64,000 nt of DNA from Squalus acanthias (GCA_030390025.1 CM059431.1:109060001-109124000), one strand, 5' to 3'. Positions 49,164 through 63,368 are shown, counted from the first letter of the stretch. The notes: generated from the sequence alone by a model not told the origin. Numbers and translations: made by a program.

Positions 49164-50533
49164 AATATATCTCACAGCAATACCAAAGCATTCTATAGGA
49201 TTATGAAACCATCATCAAGGGGCCTGTAATAAAGAGAAAACTCACAGCATTTACAATATATTGAAGTTATCTTAAACAGTCAGAAGCCTTTAGGATCCAA
49301 TTTGAATTTTTCAGAGGACTCGTGGATCTCTTGTTTCATTGCACATGATGAGTAAAAGGAAACGCTGTTTTACATCGTGGGGCCCCATTAGCCTGAACAG
49401 TAACTGACTCTCCCACTTCTAGTAGAGGCAGTGATGTCCCCTCCCCGCAACAGTTGCCGGGAAATTGGTCTCACGCTGACAATCAGTGCGAAGCGAGCCC
49501 ATAAATAAAGGCCCGAGGCTTGTTGGAAAATAGGCCTCGGGCCTTATCTACAGAATGCCGGCAAGCTGCAGGCACCAATCAGAGCCTTAGAAAGCAGCCT
49601 CCGACTATACCCTGACAGCCAACTGGTCACATAGGAACTCCCATTATAAATGTTTACATTCCATTTTACATTGCAAATGTGCACATAAAAGCTTTGTTGA
49701 AAAATGATGACAATAGGAAGTAGCATTTGTGGAAAGGAAGTGTGCATCAGATGTCAGACTTTCAATATATAGATATATTCAGTGGAGTTATAATTAAGGA
49801 ATCTTGCAGAACTTCAGCTGGGATGAGCGCAAGAAAGATGACATTTAGCTATGTCTGGCAGGAACTTTGTTATTTTTTTTTACATCTTATTACTCAAGAT
49901 GATTTTGGCTCTCGAATCTTAGATCACTCTCATGGGTGAGTCTCAACTCCCCATATGTTCAAATGTGTCTATCCTGTTTTCAGTTTGGGATAAGCTTTCA
50001 ATAATACACTGGGAAACAAACAGCACATCTTGTTTGGTAATTGTTATTAGATACTGGACTATTTTATGCCTCCATAAGATGTCACTTTAATCTTTGAAGG
50101 CTAGCCAATCAGTGATATAATACAGTTATACATTTACAGTAAAAAGCCTTATCCAACTCCTCGAGTAGCAAGTAGATTGAGTCATAATCTAATACTAAGC
50201 TATTCCTTTGCAGATAACTTTTTTAAAATATAGTCCCTTGTTTTCTTACAATCTTTTCGGACTTTTCTTACAATCTTTTCGGACTATGGGAGTTAAATAG
50301 TTTACTTATCCTTTCCTGCAAAGTTTCCATTCAGTCCAATCACCTTCAATAACTCAACTCAATGATCAGAACCTATCTATTAAAGGCCCTTTCACTGGCA
50401 CGGCTGTCATGCATTTAACTGTATAATTTACGGCATCTATGTTGCTTTAAAGTTGGTTTGGCTCCTCCCCTCGGAGTCTACAGTTCAAAAGCTAGTTTAA
50501 GATAATCTTGCAATTTATTATCGAAATAAACTT

Positions 50534-51139
50534 GGTGTGCGATTGTAACCCTGCCCGCCCAGTGGAAACCGGACGGGTGGGCAGTTAAAATAGCCCGGGT
50601 TATTTACCCGCCCTAGAGGCGCCGGGAGCTGACTCTTGGGATTTTAACCTGCTCAACTGAGCAGGCGGCAAGGAGAGCCAGCCAAAGCTGGCAGGGTCCT
50701 TTTTTACATTTGCATATCAGGCCCAATGACGTCATCTGCACTGCAATTTTAACTCAGTGGCCTGAGCGGGAAGCCACAATGAGTTTCCTACCAGGCCAAG
50801 CTAGTGGGGCAAAGGACTGGGGGGCCAGAGCAGGCCTAAAAAGGTATGTTTCCTTGTGGGGCCAGGAGGAGGGTGAGCGAACATGTGCGCCGCCCCCCAC
50901 CCCCGCCCCATCGATTCCCGATCACAAGACCCTAGTGGGACGTCCGAGGGGAGCAGCTGATCACATTACTTACCTGGTGTCGGTGGGCAGGAAGGCCGCA
51001 CGAGTCTCTGCCACGCCCTAACTGGAATGGGGCAAATTGGCGGTGGGATATAAATGAGGCCTGGGAGTTAAAATACCCAGGGCCTTATTTGTGGAGCAGC
51101 GGGTGGAGTTTCTAACTTACCCAGAGTTAAAATCAGGCC
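50534..51139. mobile_element. Probable Harbinger-type MITE
   Basis: Imperfect TIRs GGTGTGCGATTGTAACCCTG / CAGAGTTAAAATCAGGCC; hairpin-rich subtermini. Confidence 0.6.
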
Positions 51140-51990
51140 GTTGATATTGCAGTCGGTTTCTTTAACCTGCTTCATCGAGTGACTAGATTTAAACGGACTA
51201 AAGCTGGACAGAAATACATCATTTTTAACATAGAAATAAATACATTTGCAAATATAACGAAAGAGGTTCAGTCCAGTAGACTAGGAAGTCACTGTTTAGA
51301 TCCCAGTCCAACAGCCTAAATGCAATAATCACTGCAATTAATTTAAACCAGCAGTATGCTGTTTTCTTGGGTGTTTTTACTCAGCATCAATTGTAATTGT
51401 TTGACACCAAGATGCAGAACTAATGTGTATTGCAATTATTAATTCTGTAGTGTTTATTTACAAATCTTCACGGGCTAGTGGATAGAGTATTAAGCTGTGC
51501 ATCATTGGAAATGGTTAGTCGTTATTTCAATTTAGACAGAAACAAATGGTAGAAAAGGCAGTCTTGTCTGGTATTATTGCTAGCTAAACTATAGCATGTC
51601 CTCCTTGACTCCATAGAGTAATAAACTGCTGCATAACTAGCATATGTGTAAATCTTCGGGACTTACACCACTAATAGTCAACAGAGCACAGCAGTCGGAG
51701 AGAGTAAAATAAGACAGAATTGACCTCCAATTCTTCTTTTATAGTGCAAGAACCCACTAATATAATGTCCCTGTCCAAACGCGTGTATATTATGAGTGTA
51801 TTTAAAATCCGCCCCAATACAGTTGTAATATCGTATCCAATTAGATGAAAATGCAGGTAAGAATTCTAGCCCCGATTTCTTATAAGGACTGGAAGTCTTA
51901 TGGACGGATGGCGGGGGTGGGGGGGCTAAAGCGAACGGCAAAACATCCCAACCTTTGCAAAATGAGGCTCTGGAGTTTTTAAAGTACTGG

Positions 51991-52354
51991 TGGGGTCGCC
52001 AACCCTCCAGGATTGGGCTGGAGTCTTCCAGGAATTGAAGATTCCTCTCCAGGACACTACTGGGAGCAAAAGCCAGGAGAAAAATCATAGGAGGCAATAA
52101 CAAATAATTGTGTGTTTTTTTTGAACACCTCTGTTTATTAGTTCTAAAAATATTGGAGATGGGTAAAAGGGTTGTTTGACTGGCAAGTCAAGAATCAGCC
52201 AATCAGACATCGAGGAGTCTCTTTGTTTTCCAATTGGCCGTGGGAAGGATGTGTTGGCCGACCAATGGCAGGAGAGTGGGGGCAGGGCGGTTGGAGGCCG
52301 TAGGTCACGTGACGAAAGCTCCAGGAATACATTCAACCAGAATTGGCAACCTTA
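51991..52354. mobile_element. hAT (Blackjack-like) non-autonomous element
   Basis: TIRs TGGGGTCGCCAA / TTGGCAACCTTA; repeated TCCAGGA subterminal motifs; 8-bp TSD not preserved. Confidence 0.6.
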
Positions 52355-53617
52355 TCCACCGCGCCTCAACTACATAGGCTCAGTCGGTCCCGTCTCCTGC
52401 CCGAAACCGTCCGGAAGCAGCAGCTGGCTGACGGGCAGGGAGCACAATGCCAGGACCGAAGTAATAGTCCTCGTCACTCGGATAAGACGCCAAGCAGGGT
52501 CTGGCGATTGAGGGAGGGGCAAGGCCCGGGGCACAGAAGGCTAAACTTTCCATGTTTTGATGTAAAAAAAATTGCCCTTCTGAATGAATGCATTATTGTC
52601 GGGCAGCTTTACTCTCGTGACAATAAATAGGGAGGGACGTCCAAATAGCTGCAAGTGAAATTCAAATTGATCTGAAGTGGGAGCAATTTAGATGAATTCC
52701 GAGTTTGCCAAGTTTAAATGACTTCATGCTGGCTGTTTTCTCCTTTCAAGTAAAATGGTGCTCTCCATGCTGTATTGTAGGCAGCATGCTGGACGCATTT
52801 TAGATTTGTGGAACTGGCAGCTGAAAGAGTATGACCAACAGGTATTTCTTCTTATGTAATTGTCATTTTGCTTTTGTTGCATTGCATGCGTATGGTGCAT
52901 TCATTTTTTTGGTGTGTGCTTTAATGACTACAAACACTCTTTTATTCACAGTTGAGGGGGGTGGGGGAGGATCTATTTTCCCCCAAAGTATCTCTTTTCC
53001 TTAGAATTAGATGGGGGGTAATATCCATTTAAAGTGTCCTGTACACGGATGATCAGGGAGATATTCAGTTAAGTCTGTATTTCTCCCACTTGGAATGGCA
53101 ACGAGTCCAAAACATCCTCACAGATGCTAACCTATGCTAATTACTTATTAGCATAAATGCTAATGACTGCATTTATTTTCCTGGTGATTCACTCAGCCCC
53201 TTCTCCCGTTTGGATTCGGACCGTGCAACGTAGAAGTCAAACGTCCCAAATATCAGAACATTCATTCTTGATAATTATCACAAAGTTCCAAGCCTGTGCT
53301 TTCTTAATTGCATAAAATGGGGAACAAATTCCCTTTCCCCCAGCCCAAGAAATCTTTGACACGCTTGCATTGACCATCAGAAAGGAATACAGGCTGCAGA
53401 AATAATTATAATAGCTCAGCCGGGCTTCTAACTCACTCGTTTGAGAACTTGGCTTTCAAGGTTCAGTCCTGGGCCTGACATCATTCACCTGCCTCAGGTG
53501 GGTGAGTTCTGTCAGTTCTCAAACAGGCCACCAGATGGAGTGTCAAGCCGAAGCGAGGTAAATGTATTTGGCAAAGCGGCGAAAGTGACACTATCTGACT
53601 CCCACCACCCACCACAG

Positions 53618-53659
53618 CTGGAGATAGCGAAGAGCGGAGCGACATCAATGTCACTCATG
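53618..53659 (+). other. Candidate 42-nt symmetric microexon
   Basis: CTGAC..CCACCACAG| acceptor, ATG|GTAAGC donor; open as LEIAKSGATSMSLM (phase 0) or GDSEERSDINVTH (phase 1). Confidence 0.25.
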
Positions 53660-54686
53660 GTAAGCCCGCAGCCAAGGCAGCTGTCCCCTCCCAGCAGAGT
53701 AAAGATCCATAACAGGGGAGCAGACTGCACTGGGGCAATAGACAGGGAAAAGGAGCTGAATTTAAAAAAAAGAATGAAGTGACTATAAGTAAAGCATACA
53801 GAAAGTCAGATCAAGCTGTAATATTGAGTTGCACAAGTTTGTAAAGTGGGGCTGCGCTCTGTCTGTTAACCCCATACCCCTGCTAGGAAATCAGCTGGCA
53901 GACACTGTGAGTTGAACCAAAAAGGCAAAAGGATTAACTCTCATATCCATCTGAGAACACCGATAATTCCCAGTAATTGGTAAAAAATGAAGATGAATGG
54001 GACTGAGAGATAAGAAGCAATTAGCTCATCAGCAGTTACAGCTGTGCTCTCAATCCGGATCCTTCTCTCGAGCCTTGGCCCTCTCAGACAACAGGGCAGG
54101 CAGAACGAACACGTCAACCCCCCCCTAACATTTCCCAGCAGCCTCGGTGGCCACCATTTGTCTCCCGGTTAATTCCTCATTGAGTAAGCAACACCTGTCA
54201 CAGCACGCCGCATTCAGCACCACCTCTCGCAGGGTTAAACTCAGCCCCTTTTTTGCAGAAAGCCAATTTGTTGTTTTTTTTTTAAAAAAGCTTCTCTTCA
54301 GCCTTTTTAACCGAAACAGAATCAGTACAGTAGACGGACTTCATTTTAACAGCATCATCTGCCTGACAATATAAGCAATTCCCACATCTAATTACGGTGA
54401 GGATTTCAGGTTCATTAACATCAGTAAGGCAGGGAATTAGATGTGAAAGTGCCAAGCTTTGCTCCACAGCCTGCAAAGCTCTGTTTCCTTTCCCTGGCTT
54501 TCTCCAGGACACCTGGATTTTTTTCCCCCTGTAAAAGTAATTCAATTTTCTTCAAATAAGTGCTATTAAAAAGGAAATGGCCACACGTTTGACAACAGCT
54601 TTCTATTGAGGTCACTGCAATCGGAATAAGATGCACCTTCTATGTTATACTTTGTATTTGGTTTGCTTAAAGAAGTTGGAGTAAGG

Positions 54687-54800
54687 TTTCCTACATTACA
54701 ACAGTGACTGCACTTCAAGATGACTTCACTGGCTGTAAAGCGCTTTGGGACGTCCTGAGGTCATGAAAGGCGCTATAGAAATGCAAGTCTTTTATTTCTT
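54687..54800 (+). mobile_element. DeuSINE 3' fragment
   Basis: TTTCCTACATTACAACAGTGAC..GGCGCTATAGAAATGCAAGTCTT. Confidence 0.85.
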
Positions 54801-55759
54801 TCTTCCATTCTTTCAATTAAAAACAGCAAAAACCTACATTTCCTCAAAGTTCCCTTGTAAATCTCTCCGCTCAGAGAACTGCCCGTCGATAAATCATACA
54901 CTGAGGCCTTATTTTGCACAACAGATAAATGGGCACATGTCCTGAGAAGCTCTTCTGCAAGTACTGCACTGTGACAATTATAGCCAAATTCATTTAAAAT
55001 ATGCCTTTCTGTATTACATTTTCTGGCCGAGGTCAGAATAAGGTTTTATGTTAATGTCTTTGCAACATTCAAAATACATGTCATCCCACTCACAGTAACA
55101 CCTGCAGAAAAATGACACTGTAAATAGCTTGTGCTGAATATTATTAATTATGCAGGATTGTGGAATATGCCAGCAGGTTCAAAATAGCCTAACAGGTGTA
55201 GTTCTCTAACCCATTTATAACCGTTAGCAAAGCAGGATTAAATGGAAGCAAATGTTATTGTGAAGTATACGTAATATAGGTAAAAAAAAAAATGCTATAA
55301 AATGTACCTCCGAACATTTGGTATGCAGTTCTTTACCTGAGCGCTATGGGATCAACATTACAATATGCTCCCCGCACAGAGCGTTCACGGCAGGAGCCCG
55401 TATCGGGGATTCAGCGTGCCCTGCAGGAATGGCTGTCCATTAAAATTAGTGTGTGGAAAATTGTGCAGCGCCTCTGACCTCTATTGTTTGAATTCCCAAT
55501 ACATTCTCCCAGCACACAAAACTCTGCTGCGGGAACGCTAATTCATAAAAGGACGCGGCTACTGCCAACGAACTGAAGGCTGCGCAGAAGCGTTCTGCCC
55601 ATGCGCGCTTCCGGCTCGTTACGGGAGTGGGCTCATTAAAAAAAAATGTAAATGCCAGGGAGGGAACGGGCTCTGAGGAAAAGTGCCGGGGAGGGAGTGG
55701 GCTCCTTGAAAAAATGTTGGGGAGGGAGCGGACTCTGGGGAAAAAAACAGAAACATCAT

Positions 55760-56568
55760 GGGCTGGATTTTACCTGCCGAGACGAGTTGGGGGCGGGACT
55801 GCTGACTTCCGGGTTCTAGTCCCGCCCCCAGCGACGTCCGACGCACAGACGCTATTTTCCCCTGATTGGCCTTGTTAAGCCCGCCCTGCGGGCTAGCCGG
55901 CCAATTAAGGGAAAGCCGGTGTCAGATGATGTCAGTTGATGACGCTTCATCTGCCGGCATTGAGGTGCTGTCAAACACTGACAATCACTGTACAAAGGTG
56001 AGCCCTTGCACCCAGACTCTCCAATGACTCTCTCTTTAGGATAAAACAGATGGCAGCTATAGGTCAGGGTACAGAAGCGATCTGTCACATCTTCCAAAGA
56101 GGTGAGGCCACACAAACACTTCAAAGCTTGTCACCTACAGGAAAATCTAAACACATTAAAAATGACTTTCAAAACATTTCCTTACCTCTGATACTCACCA
56201 GTGTCCCATTGCATCCTTCACACCACTTCTGCAGCTGTCATCTATACACAAACATAACAACAGACCCACAGCATGCATCACTTACCCTGGCGGGGGTTCC
56301 CCGACGTCGGGAAGCCCGCAGCAGAAGTCTCAAAATGGGAAAAAGCCTCTTAACTGCCTGTTAACTACCTGTTAATGGGCAGTTAAGTGGCTATAATCCT
56401 CTTCCCGCCGCTAGGAGTCGGGTCCCTGCGCAAATCGGGTACCCAACTCCTGGGAAGATTGGTTGGAGGCGGGTTGGGAGTGGGTTCGGGACCCGCTCCC
56501 ATTTGTTTTGATTTTCCCAACAGTCCCGCCTCCAGACCCGCCTCCTCAGGGCTGGTAAAATCCAACCC
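55760..56568. mobile_element. Harbinger-type MITE, family A
   Basis: TIRs GGGCTGGATTTTACC / GGTAAAATCCAACCC; flanks CAT/TAT. Confidence 0.82.
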
Positions 56569-57468
56569 TATGCTTCCGGTTCCAGATTAATGTGCAGTAC
56601 GCTTCTGAGCAGCTTCCGGTCGTAGGCAGCAGTCACTCCGTTCATAAAATTTACACCTATATCTCGAATAAGCTTTGATATAGTGGTGTTTAGTAAAGAA
56701 TCTTGGAATTCCTGCTGACTTTTTTCATTGTAAATTCCTATGTCCACAGTTATAATTATAAAGGCCTATGTAAACTTGTCACGCTGTAATTACACCCTCC
56801 TGCCAGGGGTGGTGCTGTACCACCTCAGTTTTGCATCTCCCAGCTCCTTGGTCTCTACTACAGAGAAGCTTTGATGCTCCAACCAACTCTACTTACCAAG
56901 GTGCTGTAAGTTTTGCTATTTAGTTGTAAATATAGTATCAAAGTAATGTATACAAATAAAGAAAGAATGCATCACTGTAAAATGGCGACTGTATTATGTC
57001 TGTGCACCCTGGCCCTCTAATCCCCCATACTCGCCGCTTTACCTGAAAGCTATACATTAAGGATACCAACCCTTTCCATAATCCATATTCCACCTGCTGT
57101 GAACGCTAATGTAAACTGGACACCAACAGATACTATGTAAAGTGACCTGGACTTCAGAGAACAATGTTGGGTCTGTGGCTAATGTCAACCTGACTATTTG
57201 ATTTCTACTTAGCAACACAAAGGCTACCCTAATCTTAAACATACTCATTTAGCAGCCACTTTGATCCAAGAAGCAAGAAAACTTAACGTGGACACATTTT
57301 TTAGATGGCTGTGATTTAACCATTACAGGGATTGCTGTTGTAAATTTGTTGGGGCGGGGAGCGGGAGGGTTCCAAGCTTATTGATACTTGTGAAGTAAGA
57401 CAGCTTGCAGTTGTGGTTCATTCATTATGGACACTGCGTTGTTCATCGATCGATCCACATGGTCTATT

Positions 57469-57934
57469 GTGTCAGCTGTGGCTCAGTGGGTAGCACACTC
57501 GCCTCTGAGTCAGAAGGTTGTGGGTTCAAGTCACACTCCAGCGACTTGAGCACGTAAATCTAGGCTGACAGTCCAGTGCCGTGCTGCGGGAACGCTGCAC
57601 TGTCTGAGGTGCCGTCTTTTGGATGAGACGTTAAACCGAGGCCCCGCCTGCTCTCTCAGGTGGACGTAAAAGATCCCATGGCACTACTTCGAAGAAGAGC
57701 AGGGGAACTATCCCTGGTGTCCTGGCCAATATTTATCCCTCAACCAACATTACAAAAACAGATTATCTGGTCATTATCACATTGCTGTTTGTGGGAGCTT
57801 GCTGTGCGCAAATTGGCTGCTGCATTTCCCACATTACAACAGTGACTACACTTCAAAAGTACTTCATTGGCTGTAAAGCGCTTTGAGACGTCTGGTGGTC
57901 GTGAAAGGCGCTATATAAATGCAAGTCTTTCTTT
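57469..57934 (+). mobile_element. DeuSINE (SacSINE1-like), full length
   Basis: A/B boxes, Deu core, L2-like tail ending GCAAGTCTTTCTTT. Confidence 0.92.
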
Positions 57935-59293
57935 ATCATGTTCTTTGGCGCCCTTACAAAATTTCTGGAAAGTTCTAGGAACATAAAGAGATGGCATTGT
58001 AGGAACCCAGAAACTCTGACTGTACCGCACAACTTAGTATTTCTTGTAACTTGGACAAAAAAAAAGCAAAAAAAAGCAAGTGTCAAAATCAACACTGTCT
58101 TTGTGTCTTCACACTCTTGCCTTGGAGAACAGTGTGACGTAGTGGGAGGGTTTGCAGGCTGTTTAACAGCGAGCGCTCGTTCCATGGCTGTAACCATTGG
58201 CGGAAGGGTTTTATGGGCTCCCACAGCCCATAAGATAAGGCGAGGGGGGGGGGGGGGCAGCGATCACCCACCACCACCAGGCGCGAGTTACCTGCTGGAT
58301 GCCAACCCAGAATTCCAAGCGGGAACTCGCCGGGACTGTCTGGAGCGAGGTTCGAACCCTGCACCTTCTGACCCACAGGCAGATAATGCTACTGCGAAGA
58401 TTAATTCTAAAATCCAAGTAAATAAAAGAATTAAAGTAACACAAAAAGTTAGGATGTGTGGATGCGTCACCGTGTATTTCATTTCTCTTTAAGTACTACC
58501 CATGGCAGAAATGACATCAGAACAAGGAGCACCTTCCGTTGGCAGACACCACATGGCACCATCTCAACAGTGACATGACTTTGATGTTCACGAATGCCAG
58601 CAAAGGTCACGGCTTGTACACAGGCTTGGCTTTACTTAATCACATTGATCACTTTAACAAGACAGCATCAAATTATCTGGTATTTCACTGTGAATAATTT
58701 GGGTCAGGAATGCAATGGGGCATTTCTGACTCTTTATGCTACCTCAAGAAGATACTAGCACAACGTCACCAATCCCACATTCCCAGCAGGACACTATTCT
58801 CAAGGCAAATGGTGGGCCAGAGAAGGAGCAGTTCAGTATTGCAACCCTGTCTCCAGCCTATGAACCTCTCACTGGGAGTGCAGGATTCCTTTGGAATGCC
58901 AGTGAAACCAAGTCTGTAATTAACTGAGCAATTGATTTCCCCCCCCCCCACCCCCCACCGCCCCCCCCAACCCCACCCCGTCAACAACAACAAGTTGTAG
59001 TGTTGCTCACACAGGCAAAAGTAAAAATATTTATGTCCAGGAATGTTCAATCCATTAGTAAACACTTGTTATATGATGGCCTGAGTTGGGGTATAGTTGG
59101 GGAGGAGTAGGTACAATAGAGCGGGGCTGACCTTAAAACTGCCGCTATAAGTCCCCTCCCTCCGTCCCCAGGCAGATAACTGGGCCACACGATCTTTCAC
59201 CATCCTAGTGCCTTTCAATGATAGTGGGGAAGAGGGATATAGCTAAGGAAACCCAAGATTTTCTGGTTTTCCCTTTAAAGTACTGCCAATCCC

Positions 59294-59554
59294 AACAACA
59301 GCAACAATTTACATTTATACAGCGCTTTTAACATAGTAAAACGTCCCAAGGCGCTTCCCAGGAGCGTCATCAAACACAATTTGACACCGAGCCACATAAG
59401 GAGATATTAGGGCAGGTGACCAAAAGCTTGGTCAAAGAGGTAGGTTTTAAGGAGCATCTTAAAGGAGGAGAGTGAGGTAGAGAGGCGGAGAGGTTTAGGG
59501 AGGGAATTCCAGAGCTTAGGGCCGAGGCAGCTGAAGGCACGGCCGCCAATGGTG
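59294..59554 (-). mobile_element. L2 LINE 3' fragment
   Basis: IGGRAFSCLGPKLWNSLPKPLRLSTSLSSFKMLLKTYLFDQAFGHLP. Confidence 0.9.
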
Positions 59555-61149
59555 ATCAGCAACCAAGCCTTTGGCATCTCACCTGAGTGACCACTATTCA
59601 TGTATGAGCCTAGCCCATGAATATCAGCAGTTATGTGGGAGGGGGGGGCATCTAGTTTATCCAAACTTGGAATGCTTAGTACAAACCAGCTAAACTCAGA
59701 AAACGCTAAAGAGGCATTTCTAGCTGGATGAAACTGACAAAATGTCCATTTCTTGGTTGGCTGCGGTGAATAAAAGGACAGAGACGAGCTTTCATTTCAT
59801 TTCAAAACAATTCAAGTATATTAGGCAACCTGATCATTATTACCTCAAGAAGATCGTGGTCGAGAGATCTAAATTGAACAGCTAAATTAATACACATCCT
59901 AATGTTTGGTTAGGCACTTGAAACGTTGTGAAACAGAACGGAACTTTCTTTTGTGTTTTATTTTTTGAGAACCTGCTTGTCCTTTTGATGTCGATTCAGT
60001 GCGTCTCTGTTTAAATAAATATTCCACTTTGCAGTATGAACACGCCGCAAAGTTCTGAACCTTGCAGGCTCGGCTCTCAAAGTTCTGAGGCGTACGTTCA
60101 AACGTCCTTTATATTGCTGTCAGGCCCAGTCGCCTGTGACAGGCCGCATCTCTTCCACCTTATCTGAAAGTCATTAGTTCAGATCAGCAAATCCGTCACA
60201 AGGCAGTGCTTGATATAAACAAGAGATCACAAAGGCATTCCTGGTAATCAATAGTAGGACGGCTCCAGTATGGAGGCCCCTCCAGTGCTCATCATTTTTC
60301 TCACTCTCCATTTCTATGACCAAACGAAGCATTAATTCCAATAATAAATCTGTGGTGATTTAAATCCTGGGCCGTGTGGCTGCCTGCTTTAATGATTTAT
60401 TTTGTACATTTCACGAAGCGGGAGATTTGTCCATTCCGACTGACAGGTCACCTTCAAACACCACAGGCAGACCATTCTTCATCATGCAGACGAGCATCTC
60501 ATCCCAGCAAGTAAATATTAAAGTAAAAGAGTCCAATTGATTGTGGATGGAGGAGAAAAGGCACCACGGCCATATATTTTACTCAAAGTGCTAATGCCTC
60601 ACTTTCCGTGCCTTCTGTGGCTCATTTACTAGAATTATAATGCTGCTTGGAGGCAGTGGCTCAAGGTTACTGTGTAAAAGGGAAGAGATAAAACAGTTTC
60701 CTATTAGCTTCATTGGCATGACCGCACTCTGTTAATCAGTGGATCTCAGCTCGGCCGATTAGTCTGACCCTGTCTGCTCGCTTATCTGCAGTAACAGCTT
60801 CTCTGTCCCAACTTCCTTCACAAATTTTTCACCAAAAAAACTCAGCTGGACATATTTCCAGTTTGCACGTATAGATGTGTTTAATTTCTAGCCTGCCCAA
60901 GGGCTTATGAGTGGTGTGATATTGGTCACAATGACTTCTGACGAAACTCATGTAGGTAGTGGTGCCAGATTTCAAATGAAAAATAATATACGTGATGGCT
61001 TAAGCAGAACTCGCAGGAACAAGCTGCAGTTTATTGAGAAACAAGCTGGGAAAAAAAACACCAGTTCAGAGTGAGGTATCACTCCGGGGACCTATTTACA
61101 TTCTCTCCCTAATGAAAAAAAAAGTCTCCACTGTGATCGCTTTTTATTT

Positions 61150-61320
61150 TTGAGTATGTTCAAGACAGAGATCGATAGATTTTTGAATATCAAGGGATAT
61201 GGGGATAGTGCAGGAAAGTGAAGTTGAGGTAGATGATCAGTCATGATCTTATTGAATGGCGGAGCAGCAGCGAAGGGCCAAGTGGCCGACTCCAGCTCCT
61301 ATTTCTTATGTTCTTATGTT
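61150..61320 (+). mobile_element. CR1 (HER1-like) 3' tail
   Basis: Matches 27768-27953. Confidence 0.85.
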
Positions 61321-62492
61321 TGTGTTTCTTCCCCTTTCACCTCTCCAACTTCTAACTCTAATTCCCACAATCTATCGGATTGTGGAGAGCTCACCAACTG
61401 CTCCCACACCACTTTGCCGCCACTATTGGTGACCTCTCCACAGCTGTCACTCCCACCATTTGTACGGTGTTATTTTACCTCAGCTTTAAACTTCACTGTT
61501 TATTTTCATTCATCCCGAAATGCCGAAGAACGAGCAAGCTGACTTCACCGCTTCAAGTGCAAGTTACTGGGAGCCGTGGGAAGGTGATGGGCTCACAGGC
61601 GAATAGGGAACGCTTTGCAGCGGATTCTCCGTGGCTTGACAAAGCTGAGTGTGTGACGCCACATGGAAATCCCCCCAGGTCCACAACTGTTAGGCTTAAT
61701 GTGGAAATCTTCCCACAAACTACATCTCAACAATTGTATCCTGTCTGGCGATGATTGCAGTGATGCGGTTTTCTATTGAAGTTCAAAAGCAACCAATATA
61801 TATATAAATAAATATATATATAGGTACATTTTTACATGAAGGAAATGATGCATATCAGGTGCAATGAACAAATTCTGTGTAAACAGTAAATTAAGACTTA
61901 CTAACTGTAAGGTAAAATAGTGACAAAAGAAGCCAATCCTCCTGTCCTCTCAACATGACTGCACGCAGGGATATCTTCCAACTATTAGAATATGGGCAGG
62001 AGTGTTATGCTTCCATGGAACATAATTACTGTTTTTGATTAGAACCCCTCGACTCCACCGCCCCATCTGCTGTGATACTGAGCCGCACAAAAGCAGGTAG
62101 GTGGCAGACTCAGCACCCTCTGCTGAGTTGTCTGATCTCAGTTGTGGCAGCAGCAGGGGTACGAACATACGGACAATGACAGACAGGAAAAGACCCTCTG
62201 GCCCATCCAGCCTGCCCCACACAATTCACATCCATGCCCTACCCCACCCCCCAAACCATGTGCTCTCCTGGGAAAGGAGAAAAAAAAACTGGGAAAAAAA
62301 TCTAGGCCAATTTGAGAGGAAAATTCCGCCCCCCCCCCCGGCAGGTGATTAAAACGAGTCCAGGTGATCACCCGGGAATGGGTAAGGGGGTAAAATCAAC
62401 CAGGTTTCCCACTCCTGAAAGTGCACATGCGGACGTCAGATGAGGAAAGGATCATGCGCGACCCACAATCAGCCTGCCCATACTACTGTCCA

Positions 62493-62958
62493 AAGAAAGA
62501 AAGAAGCACTCGCATTTATAAAACACCTTTCACAACCTCAGGACGTCCCAATGCGTTGCACAGCCAATGAAGTACTTTTGAAGTGTAGTCACAGTTGTAA
62601 GTTAGGAAACCTGGCAGCCAATTTGACCACAGCAAGTTCCCACAAACAACAATGTGATAATGACCAGATGTTTTAGTGATGTTGGCTGAGGGATAAATAG
62701 TGGCCAGGACACCGGGGAGAACTCCCCTGCCATTCTTCGATTAGTGACGTGGAATCTTTTACATCCACCTGAGAGAGCAGACAGGACCTCGGTTTAACAT
62801 CTCATCCGAAAGATGGCACCTCCGACAGTGCAGCACTCCCTCAGTACTGCACTGGAGTGTCAGCCTAGATTTCGTGCTCAAGTCTCTGGAGTGGGACTTG
62901 AACCCACAACCTTCTGACTCAGAGGCGAGTATGCTACCCACTGAGCCACAGCTGACAC
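62493..62958 (-). mobile_element. DeuSINE (SacSINE1-like), full length
   Basis: Reverse complement of 57469-57934. Confidence 0.92.
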
Positions 62959-63368
62959 ACAATTAAGTCCAGGCTCTCATATGAAGAATGGGCACTTGTA
63001 TGAGTTTACAAAGGCTGCTGACACCCATGGAACCATACCCAAGGATGAATTAGACCTTCAGGAGAGGATCAAGACAAGGAGAAGCACAAAAAACTCTTCT
63101 GTCTTCTACAGGAACCTATCCAGAGCACATGTCAGTTGTTTTAGCTCTCTGAATCAAGAACAGGCAGCCAGCGTCATATATTGCATTCAAAAAAAATGTC
63201 AGCATATTGTCACCATTTTCAGCCTTTGGTCACTGTAAAGAAATCCTATTTGCAATTGCCCCTGCTGTCACTAAGTAACCCAGTGTGTACCTCCACGGAT
63301 GTATGAGGTGCACAGCGCTTGTTTTTTTTTCCATAAATCCTTTTTTAAGGTGCTGAGAGAGTTCAATA

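Noticed and set aside
60938..60956. Other CTGACGA/CTGATGA hits (also 31388, 38224, 40697) as hammerheads
   Set aside because: No helix II and GAAA arrangement or helix I pairing.
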